Source: Haliotis rubra (Eukaryota). From it: DNA of 64,000 bases. Location: positions 868,001 through 932,000 of the forward strand of contig NW_025765292.1 of assembly GCF_003918875.1 (NCBI RefSeq), in the 5' to 3' direction. Position 1 is the stretch's first letter; each line of letters begins with the position of its first letter. Made by a program: the position numbers and the translations under genes. The notes beneath the pieces were generated by a model, which worked only from the letters and a program-made list of their open reading frames with translations, had not been told where the DNA came from and searched no databases. Of this stretch, positions 27,480 to 53,200 are shown in pieces.

Positions 27480-28312
27480 AGCCATGGACATCGATCCACT
27501 CAAATGGGAGAGGTGGTGGGAGATGCCCTCTCTATATATATGCATTCTTACGCTGTGTATGCCTGAATATAGGTATCCTAGAAAGTGGTAGGATAGGCAA
27601 TTCCAGGCATTTACAAATGGAAAGATTAATTGGACTTCTAAGATAAAGTTTCTTTTGTATAAGTACAGACTTGGATATGCATGGGAACAACAAGAAGTTA
27701 ATTCCCCAGATTCATTTGTATCTGAATTTCTTTGGCGCTTACAATCTTCATACATAAAGGATTGGCATTCATCATCACTTATTCATTATATAAAACTATA
27801 TTTGAAACGGAATCATATATTTCAGTAATTTCAATTGATAAATTTTCGTCGTGCTCTTGCAAGATTAAATGCAGTTCCCATACACTGCATATAGAAACTG
27901 GAAGATATAATAAAACCCCTCGCGAGCAGAGAACATGTTGTATTTGTATTTGTAAACAGGGTTGTGTCGAAAGTGATTTTCATTTTTGCTAGTGTGCTAG
28001 CGGCTAAATACTATGTAAACCCTACTCTCCAAAGTTCAACATCTTACTGTCTTGTGAAACTGAGCATGCAATTAGAAATATTGTTGCACTAATGTACTAT
28101 ACTATTTCTCATTTTGCGACATACAGTTATAAAGTAATTGCATGGAAATAATGCTACATGTACATCTATGCAATATGATTGCTTTAAGTATAGTTTGATG
28201 ATACATCCTTGTTTGATATTGTGTAATTTATTTATCTATTGTATATTGATCAATATTGTACTACGGGCCGATGGCCTACATTTGTGCAAATAAAAAGTGA
28301 GGTGAAGTGAAC
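27480..28312 (+). mobile_element. Decayed 3' end of a non-LTR retrotransposon (RTE-X/Tx1-like)
   Basis: SSHTLHIETGRY...RTCCIC...VESDFHF C-terminal Cys/His motif; ends in AATAAA plus a short GTGA(A/G) repeat tail. Confidence 0.7.
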
Positions 28313-28899
28313 AAATGGGATGACATGCAGTCAACCAGGACCCGATCTTGGGCGCCCTGGCAAAATAAGCAGTGTAGTATCAGAGTCTTCTCTTCTTTAA
28401 TTGAATTGTTTGTCATATGTTCTTAGTGTTGACTAAAACACAAATATCACGCGATTGAGTGAATGATGTTTTTCACCAGGGTCTGTAATATTCAGACCAT
28501 ATAATTGGCGGCATGTAAGTACACATGTAACCAAATCCTTCAATGGCCAACCATTGATTGATAGTATGAATATTTAAATGTATAGCTTTATTTCAGCCGG
28601 TTTGTAAGGCAAGTATATGTATTAGGTTTTCGCACATATTCTGCCAGTTAATACATGTACCCACACGGTGGTATATACTGTGGTGAACATCAAGATGGTA
28701 AATAAATGATGACCACTCCGATGCTGGCTACCTCTTGTATCAGATCAGAGACACCACCAAGAAAACATCCAAACCACGGCGAACCCTGACCAATAAATAG
28801 AAACGTGCCATTACAGAGACAAGACCATCTACATCACCATCCAGAATGATCACACTGCTTAATTAGAACGTCAGCATTAAAAGACACCACCCACTTCCG

Positions 28900-29330
28900 T
28901 TCCCTTCTTTTAGTTCCCAGATTGCAAATCCATAGAGAGCACCATCAACCTCGCTTCCAGTTGTATTGACATCTCCTATTTTACCTTCAAAGACAAGATC
29001 TACAAGCCAATACAATACTTCCTATGAGTTCCCCCCTATCTCCACTTATCGCTGAAATTTTCATGACATTTTTCGAAGAATCAGCTCAGCACCATTCCAA
29101 CCCCATTGTTGGTTCTGAAAAGTACATTCGCCATCACAGCTCCTCCCAGAACGACCCTAGGGTAGAACAATCCAAAACCTTTTCATTCCAGATGGACTAA
29201 GAACGCCAGTTTACCGCAATCCTACACAGACCAGTATGTCACCTATAACTCCTACCGCCACCTCCCGATAACAACAGCCATCAACATGAACAGTCAGTCA
29301 TATCGAGAACAAAGTCAACATCTCCACACA
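28900..29330 (+). mobile_element. Decayed Penelope-like element RT fragment
   Basis: Frameshifted YFTFKDKIYK, PMSSPLSPLIAEIFM..FEE and VYR.PT.TDQY motifs typical of PLE reverse transcriptases. Confidence 0.7.
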
Positions 29331-29430
29331 CGCCCGCACGCACATATTACAACAATGTCTACATTTCAGAAACCAATCAAACCAATCAAACTATAAGAAG
29401 CAGAATTTCTTGCAAAGGGAAGATTAGAAC

Positions 29431-29906
29431 AGTGAGTTAATGAGTTTAGTTTTACGCCGCATTCAGCAATAGTCCAGCTATATGGCGGCGGTCTGTAAAT
29501 AATCGAATCTGGACCAGACAATCCAGTGAATCGGTTTCAGTGACCGAGATAAATGATGTAGTGATGTCATCGGATTGTGATGTCATGGCAAGATATAACG
29601 TTTATATTATGTGTTGATATATATTTTATATCAGAAAGCACTTTGGTAATATTCTCTTTCTGTCTATTGTAACAGAAGTGGTACATGAGATGTGAATCTG
29701 GGATTTTGAAGTATCACTGAGAATTATCAATAATACAGTCTGGACCAGACAATCCAGTGATCAACAACATGCACATCGATCTACGCAGTTGGGATACGAT
29801 GACAGTGTCAACCAAGTCAGCGAGCCTGACCACCCGATCCCGTTAGTCGCCTCTAACGACAAGCATGGGTTACTGGAGATCGATTCTAACCCGGATCTTT
29901 ACGGGT
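29431..29906 (-). mobile_element. SINE family B split by a 209-bp insertion
   Basis: Reverse complement of 35390-35636; a 22-bp duplication at 29508-29529 and 29739-29760 flanks unrelated sequence. Confidence 0.8.
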
Positions 29907-30595
29907 TGTTTTTTAGCTGTATTAGATCATTGTATCAGGTTGAGTATTTTGGGGGTATTGTAAACTGATAGCATGGGGTATTTCTCATTCTGGTGACAAC
30001 TAGAACTCGACTGTTCACGGGCTGTCGTGATACATGTTTGATATTTCTGACTGCGGCGTAAAACAAATGAAAAAAATGAATAACAATAAACGGTTTACAT
30101 TATACGACAGGTCGAATTGACACTACTCCTTATATGAGAATTGTATTGTCTTCTTGAAAACGAAAACGCACGCACACACACACAACTCGTCACGCGCCCC
30201 TTTGCATATATGTCTGCAATTAAAAGGCTTCAGCCTACATCCTTGACCTCCTTTTGCTCATGTCTACAGTATCTGCATCGTCATGCCAATAAGTTAATGT
30301 CAATACCGTAAAACCTCTCATTGATTCGTCTGCTTTTATCAGTTATACATACCGATTTGTGCTGAAAGTCAATGTTAGCTGATCCTTATTAAAGGAATCA
30401 ATCAGGAATCATATTAGATTAAATATGATATAGGTTCGCATACTACATGATATATTCCCAGTGTAAAACAATAAAGGATCACACAACACAAATTGTATCA
30501 ATATTGCATAACATTTATATTACTCGGATAAGTGACCTCGGATAGTATGGGAGTTACTTCACCTTAGCGCTAAGGTCGCTTTGTACAACGGCACC

Positions 30596-30755
30596 CAGGG
30601 CCTCCTTTCACAAAGCACTAAGGTGATCGTCAGTCACTTAAGTAACCTTAATGCAATGTTAAAGAATGGACGTTAAGGTTAACCTTAGCAGGGAGACTCT
30701 ATAATTGTAGAGTATCCCTGACCTTAGTAAAGGTTGCTTCGTGAAAGGAGCCCCC
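30596..30755. mobile_element. Short MITE (Harbinger-like ends) containing a 32-bp nested TIR element
   Basis: CAGGGCCTCCTTTCACAAAGC ... GCTTCGTGAAAGGAGCCCC; an uninterrupted second copy is at 62263-62384. Confidence 0.8.
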
Positions 30756-31344
30756 GAGTAGTGAGTCGTCGGGGAGTATAATAGGATCAACATGATGTCA
30801 TCAATGATAGATTGTAGCGTCATCATTATTGTGACGTAATTAACCTGAAGCCATCAAAGACTGGTACATTTGCATTTCGCCAAATACAATATACAACACT
30901 AATGGTTACAACACAGAGATACGATGCAAGTTTAAAACGGCCAAGGAGTTTAAATTTAATCAATAAGTGTTGAAATAACTGATATCAAAAGACGCATGGA
31001 TGAGATCGAGTCTATTCTTTATCCAAAATCATTCTTTCTACATTCTATTTTATATTTCTTGAGCGTAAAAGAACTGGAAACCAAATATTATCACCCAGAG
31101 ACTACTGAGTGATTTGTGTTGCCATTGTAAGCAGTGACGTCACAATCTATATAAAAATACAAATTCCGGATAATTGGTGTCGATTCTTATTCTGAAGAAA
31201 ATCACAGAATTTGTATCATACCAAGTTCGTTTTTTAAAAGGTTTACTGTTCGTAGTTTTAATAGCGGTAGCCAGTGAAAGTTTTAACCCCAACCTTTTCC
31301 CCCTGTACCTCATATCGACCGGTCCAACACAAGTGGAAAGTCTG

Positions 31345-45833
<14,489 letters not shown>

Positions 45834-46304
45834 ACACAGGTAGGTCATAGGTTATTATCAGGCCTTTGAGAAACTGATGCTCAAATTATATGATGGTTCA
45901 AACTGAGACCACTGCTAAATGTAGCCCACATGACATTAGTTATCAAGCGACATCACACGTAGATATAGCTTTGATGAGACCAGTGAAGTAACATATACAA
46001 TGCCGTGGGGACCATTGTGACATCATCGTTCTCATGATGTCACAAACAAATGTCATGACTAATCTCTCTGCCTCTGAATCTAGTGACCTGTACTTTTTAC
46101 ACTCAGGTTGTTTGTTGTGTTTGTTCCCAGGCTGAAAAATTTGGGATAATAATTTTGAATGGTAAATAATCTCATGGCAAACAAAAGCTTTTATCAACTC
46201 TGTTTGTTATGTTAGCTATCTTGGGTGGGATTTCTTTTATACGACACAGACTTGTGGTCTGAATATCTGTTACTTTGGAGTGTGACAACACACAAATGAC
46301 GAAT

Positions 46305-46550
46305 GACATGCTGCACTATCATGGATATGCTGCTGCACTATCATGGAAGTGCTGCACTATCATGGATGTGCTGCACTATCATGGACATGCTGCACTATCA
46401 TGGACATGCTGCACTATCATGGACATGCTGCACTATCATGGACATGCTGCACTTTGCACTATCATGGATGTGCTGCACTATCATGGACATGCTGCACTAT
46501 CAGGGATATGCTGCACTATCATGGACATGCTGCACTATCATGGATATGCT
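46305..46550. repeat. 19-bp minisatellite (CATGCTGCACTATCATGGA)n
   Basis: ~13 units; explains the overlapping spurious Cys/His-rich ORFs. Confidence 0.95.
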
Positions 46551-46562
46551 GGTCAACCTTCA

Positions 46563-47075
46563 GTATTATTATAGGATATTTATATAGTGCACATATCAAC
46601 GCAACTAGTACATGCTCAAGGCGCTGGCAATTTCTTCCCTTGATCATTGGATGTCAATCTCAACGGCACATCGTATTATCAATCTCAACTCCTTGGGGAG
46701 TATACAGCTCTTGCAGCCACTAGGCACACCGAGTTATTGCGGCTTTCCCATCCTTACGAGGTACTCATTCACAGTTGGGTGGACTGGGACACATTGTCAC
46801 AGTACTTTGTCCAAGTTTACTGCATGTTGCTGTACCCGCAACTAGGTGTTTGCACGTATTTATGTGGCCACCATCTGGTCATATACCAACGGATTCATGG
46901 GTTCTTTTAAGTGCACAGGGTTGTGTACTGTACACTAGGGGTTGTGACAACACTGAAAGAGTCTGCACACAAAGTTGTCTCCAAGGTTTTTACACCCGGT
47001 CACAGGTGGGCTCGATCCTGATACCTCAAGCTCGCTGGATCACTTGCCTGGCACCTTAGACAGCTCGCCCACCAT
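46563..47075 (-). mobile_element. SINE with CORE-like domain and L2-type tail
   Basis: Minus-strand CCAGTCCACCCAACTGTGAATGAGTACC core and GCGCCTTGAGCAT...TATAAAT..(ATA)n tail resembling the LINE 3' ends in this window. Confidence 0.6.
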
Positions 47076-48183
47076 GCCCAGTACCTGTGTTCATCACCGT
47101 AATTGACATAGCCAACATTAAACACAAAAGTATATCCACCATCAGCCCCTGCAGATTGTTTGATGTAGTAAAAGATACACCAAGTCAAGTGATGTAGTGG
47201 GCATTGGTGGCCCAGTCATCTGAAGGAACGCAATTTCTGGTGCAACAGTAACAGAATCCTGATATCCACAGTGAAGTGTGTAGGAGGTCCTAGCCATCCT
47301 TCTTCATACACCTGAGGGTTCTCCTTCTGACAGACAGACAGATGCACCATACATGCATGCACCCACACATGCATGCACCCACACATGCATGCACCCATCC
47401 CTGCACTCACCCACCAAGACATGCACAAACACACACACACAGTCACCCATGCATCTACCCATGAACACACACACATAGTGATGCACCCACGTGATGTTTA
47501 TCCCCATTCATCGTTTTCTACATGATGACAGTTTTCTATCTTCCAGAGTCCCAGAGATGATACTCAAGCAGGCATTCCCAGCTGGGTGAATCTCTCACTG
47601 AAGACACTGACAGAGTATACACTACAAGTTGTGCCAAGCTCCACAGATACCTGTCAAGCAACTTATAGACCTGTAATTTGACATGATATGCAGACTGTTT
47701 CAGTATTAACTGTTATTGTATATGTGGACAGTGTTTCATCCCGAGATCTTGCTGCATTTACTAATAGTGCTAGTCTAAGGGAATTAGGATTTCTAGGTAT
47801 TGCTGATGAAGACAGGACAGGTCGTTTTCATTTGTTATATTTGCATATGCTTGAATTAACAACTGCAGATTTATTTCCTTTGTAAATAGTATCTGTTGTT
47901 TCCTTTGGCCAAGTTGTACTGTTTAAAATACTACAGTTGATATACAGATTGACAGTAATAATGATGCATGCCTTCCTCTTTTGAGGGTGTGGTTTGGGTA
48001 TTCATTCATTCACCCTGTACAATCTTATATGAACATAAGTACCTTTTTAAGATACAAAACGATGGAAACATTTACCCCAGATTCAGAGTCTCAATAGTGG
48101 CATTATATCACTTTTGTGTTTTTGACTGAGTGCTAGTTGTTTGATACAAATATTGTCAAATATGTACTACATATATTTTACTC

Positions 48184-48189
48184 AATAAA
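48184..48189 (+). promoter_or_regulatory. Probable ALDH7A1 polyadenylation signal
   Basis: AATAAA followed ~20 nt later by a GT/T-rich element (GTTTGTTCTGTGTTTT). Confidence 0.5.
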
Positions 48190-48629
48190 TGTGAGATTTG
48201 ATTACCGTTTGTTCTGTGTTTTCTCGTGACAAATTGGATGAGAGTGCCCCAAGAATCATCATAGTAAGCTAAACTGTTGCTGAAGTCATTATAGGCAAGA
48301 GGGGTACATTTTGTGTTTTCATATTCGAACAGAAATATGTCTATCCTTTTGTGAAAAGGTACATTCGTTCGTTGACAGAAATAACATAAAACATGTTTTT
48401 ATATTAATACACAATGTGTTTTAGATAGTGATCAAATGTAACAAATGCTGCATTACACTTTCTTAGTAAAGTGCACTCTCATTGGGAATTGGAACCCTAT
48501 GTAACTGGGATTGTAATATAACATTTGTTAGAGTTTTATATTCAACCCATGTGTAACACAGTACACAGCAATGGCGACCTTAATGTTGGGACAAGAACCT
48601 TCCATTAACTCGGTGTAGCAAGTAAATAT

Positions 48630-49095
48630 CAAAACATTAGTTTGGAAGCACCTCAGAGATACGTTTACCACAGCAACATCTGATGTCTCCCCAACTGAAG
48701 GTACTGGTAAACCCAGTCAGGTCATGGCTTTGGTTTTCTGGGACTCCAGTAAATCCTCCTAGTTGTCTAACTCACAAACGCCAGACCATTAATGACCAAT
48801 AGTGATCTTCAGGGGCAAGTGCATGAGAATATCTGGGCTTAATGTCATGGAAAAGGCGCTGGGATTGTGTTTTTCCACCAGGACAATGCACCCGTGTGGC
48901 TATGTAACGCTGTGGATTTGAAGTCATTACATATCTTTGGTGTCCACCTCTTCACAAAGATCTGTCTGGCAAGCATTTTAATATGCAAATGATGGTGACG
49001 TCATTTCTGCAGTGGAGGAATGCCAGAATAGGAAAGCCTTCCACACCAATCGTATTAACAGAAGTGGACGAACCACAAAGGGAGTTATGAAACAT
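48630..49095 (+). mobile_element. Decayed mariner transposase fragment
   Basis: VMALVFWDS, QTIN and FHQDNAPV remnants of a DD34D transposase. Confidence 0.7.
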
Positions 49096-50292
49096 AATTA
49101 AAAACCAAATTCATAAATAATATCGAGAATTTTAACGGCACAGAATAATCTGCGTAAACAGATTCCAATAGGCATTACAGGTACAATGGTGATAAGAATT
49201 GTATGGTTCAATCTCTGAAATTGGATCCGTGGTGACACCAGGTGTTCGCGAAAGGATAAGCATATCGTGATGTACCAGCAGCACCGACCAATCACAGTCT
49301 ATCGTGAACTGTGCAAAAAAGAAACTGCATGTAATATAGTCATGTACACAGTTTCTTTTGGTGCCTAGTATAGGAGTTTTTGCCAGCCTTGTACCATTCA
49401 AAATCTTATCACATCTTAACTTGGTGCTAGATCAATCAAAGACCTGAGGCATCCATGCAGTTATTGTAAAACATGTTCGTACCATTCGTTACCACTGCAC
49501 TTGTACTTCTGACATGCGTGACTTACATGTTATCTTAATTACGTTGAGGTCCAAGTAATGTTTTTGGACTGAAAGTAATTGTTGCTATTTTATGCGTTGA
49601 AGAAATGATGGCGAGTGTGCTGCTTCTGGATTTACAAGTGCCAACAAACACGGTTACTTGCTCTCTGCTGTAGTATAACGTGTGGAACCTGAGCACTTGA
49701 GAGAAATGACTCAGTTTAGTTGCGGAAGTCCATCACCATTATATATATAACAGTTAATAGATCGACTCAGTATTATGAGTTCGTATTAAATGGATTAAGG
49801 GAATGTAAATGGGTTTAATTGTTAAAGTGTTGTTATATTGACTTTTTAAAAACATGCCGAGAGAGCAAACTACCCATCGCCAAGTCATCCTTCAAGATAA
49901 CGCATTGAGTGTAAGACATTCCATAGTGTCCTAGGCAGATCGTGGTCCCTGTAAAGGGAAGTTGTCTACTTACATACTTCCCCCACTGACATATCAACTA
50001 CGACAAGACCAAGGGCAAGTACACTGGAAGGGCAGTCTGGAAGTATTGGGTACAGCCAGTAGTCCAGTCTTGCACTACCCAGCTTTAGGGCAGGTCAGTG
50101 GTACCCGGTCCACAAGGTGGCCAAGTTGACTGTATCCTGACAGTCTTGCACTGCCCCAGTTCAGAATAGAGGATCAGGGCTTTTCAAGATACTTCGGTAC
50201 CTTGGAATACAGATACATAAATCGGGATATATTTGAAGGCTGCCTTTGAAAGTGTGGACTTTAAAACCGCCGTGTCAGCTGTTCAGATCGAC

Positions 50293-53200
50293 ATGTTTGG
50301 GGCCCTCCTGTTCATCATTGCTACCTCCGTGCTCCCATGCCAGGGTGTCAGTGACGGGTGAGTGGTTTCTTGTCAGAAGTTCAGCCATATCTGTCTGGAC
50401 GGTATATATCAGTGGTTGATAGCATGACCATGCCCACACTATGTACATCTGTACAAGGTGACACAACAACCAAGCCATAGAACAAAACTGAGCAATCCAC
50501 TTGGAGGTCACATGCAGGCATCCAACCATAACAGTAAAACACAACTGAAATCAACTCACAAAATCTGCTTCATTCACTTAATAATGTCATGCTTGATTAT
50601 TTGAGGAAGAATCAGGTGCTAGGGATACAGCAGATTACAAACATTATTTCGATACTTTCTTATGACAAACTAATGCTTTTCAATTACGTGCAGCATTTAT
50701 GTATGTCTAGATTTTAACCTTTCTAAAATTTGATGTGCCAAAGGAACTTCAAAACATTATGACATTAGATACTCCAGGAAATCCGACAAACCATTCAACC
50801 TCCTTTTTTCGCCTACACGATACAGGTTAAAATAATGTAAAGATTACCTGAAATACATACTTTGTGATTTCAACCCCTCCAGATGGACAGCAGCCTCGGC
50901 AGTCCAGTCTATGGACCTTCACTCCTGTAAATTATCTGTCCGTCATCATATCCTATTCAAACGAAAAGGAAGGGATATACTAGTATCCCGCTTTACTAAC
51001 CAATAGATTTCAAAATATGCACAGAAAGACAACAAACAACAACTAGAAACTTACCGACATACATCACGATAATCCATTACGGTCTGACCCACTTAGAGGC
51101 TCGATAGACGAATGACATCCCATATATTCCATTACCATACACCACACGGGATACATCCGGGTATAAGCACGTTCAAAAAGACGCGGGGCGGTGGGGTAGC
51201 CTAATGGTTAAAGCGTTGGCTCGTCACGCCGAAGGCCCGGGTTCGAATCCCCACATGGGTACAATGTGTGAAGCCCATTTCTGGTGTCCCCCGCCGTGAT
51301 GTTGCTGGAATATTGCTAAAAGCGGCGTAAAACCAAACTCAGTCAGTCAAAAAGACGCACAATATACTGCATATGGCATGACCCAACATACGTCTCTTTA
51401 CTATGAGTGAGTATGGTTTTACTTCGCTTTTAGCAACATTCCAGCAATATCACGATGGGGGACATCAGAAATGGGCTTCACACATTGTGCCCATGTGGGG
51501 ATCGAACCCGGGTTTTCGGCGTGACGAGCGAACGCTTTAACCACTAGGCTACCCCATCACACCTTCTTAAAACTATGATGCATCTAAGATGAAACAACGC
51601 CGACATGTTTGTTTGTTCTCCGTGTCTTTCTTGAGTGCATTGGCCACAGGTATAAGGTGTCCAGGATGGCACCCTGGTCACTGACACCGGGTATAAGGTG
51701 TCCAGGATGGCAGCCTGGTCACTGACATCGAGTATAAGGTGTCAAGGATGGCAGCCTGGCCATTGACATCGAGTATAAGTTGTCCAGGATTGCAGCCTGG
51801 CCACTGACATCGGGTATAAGGTGTCAGGATGGCAGCCTGGTCACTGACATCGAGTATAAGGTGTCAAGGATGGCAGCCTGGCCACTGACATCGAGTATAA
51901 GTTGTCCAGGATTGCAGCCTGGCCACTGACATCGGGTATAAGGTGTCCAGGATGGCAGCCTGGTCACTGACATCGAGTATAAGGTGTCAAGGATGGCAGC
52001 CTGGCCACTGACATCGAGTATAAGGTGTCCAGGATAGCAGCCTGGTCACTGACATCGGGTATAAGGTGTCCAGGATGGCAGCCTGGTCACTGACATCGGG
52101 CATAAGGTGTCCAGGATGACAGCCTGGTCACTGACATCGGGCATAAGGTGTCCAGGATGGCAGCCTGGTCACTGACATCGGGCATAAGGTGTCCAGGATG
52201 GCAGCCTGGTCACTGACATCGGGCATAAGGTGTCCAGGATGACAGCCTGGTCACTGACATCGGGCATAAGGTGTCCAGGATGGCAGCCTGGTCAGGATGG
52301 CAGCCTGGCCACTGACATCGGGTATAAGGTGTCCAGGATGGCAGCCTGGTCACTGACATCGGGTATAAGGTGTCCAGGATGGCAGCCTGGTCACTGACAT
52401 CGGGCATAAGGTGTCCAGGATAGCAGCCTGGTCACTGGAATCATTCTGCAAAAATGAACATTTCGTTTGAGCCACACCTACTTCAGAGTTTTATAACGTT
52501 GAAGTGAAGTATTACATTACTAGATTACAAGTCTTCGTGCATATTTTAGCGATGTCGGTGTCAGTTTGCTTCTTTGTATATTTGTAATCCCAAAGTCAGT
52601 ACCATAAACCAAACGATTGAAATGTCAACAGATCCGCCAGTCCCATCTCTTCTGTCTCTCCCCTCCGTACATCCGGCGTCCGGAACGTCTTAAGTAGTCG
52701 TCAGTAGGTTTGTCTTAACTCTACATGTCACGACAAGACACTCTGAAACATCGGTTGATATCTTGTAGTTAATGCTCTTAACGTTGCTAGTGTAGGGTTT
52801 TTCTTTGAGGCCAATCTTCAACTACTATAGGCAATATTTCATCTTATTTATGAAATGCATGATCAGTTCAAGAATTTGTTTTAAAAAGCACCAAGTACAT
52901 ATAACATTCTTTCATGATATCCCACCCAATAACATGTGACCACTCCGATAATAATGTTCGAATTTATTACACAAAATTATGAGAAAAAAGGGCATTTGCC
53001 AATGCAGAATTGCATCCCCTGGGCAAGCCAGAAACCGGTGATCATGGGTTCGAATCCTGGTTCGACGTGGTTTTGTCTTTAGGTTTGTCAGCACCCTACC
53101 CATGCTCAATGGTTTCACAAAAAGTAATAAGCGCCGGAGACGAACATGGCTGTGGGCCTTCCTATCGTGTTAGACTGACATGCCCCGTGAAATAACTGGA

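Noticed and set aside
46275-46723. Cys/His-rich metallothionein-like ORFs
   Set aside because: Translations of a 19-bp tandem repeat.
51185-51260. tRNA gene
   Set aside because: A tRNA-like SINE head with A/B boxes continuing into SINE body and tail, multi-copy with TSDs.
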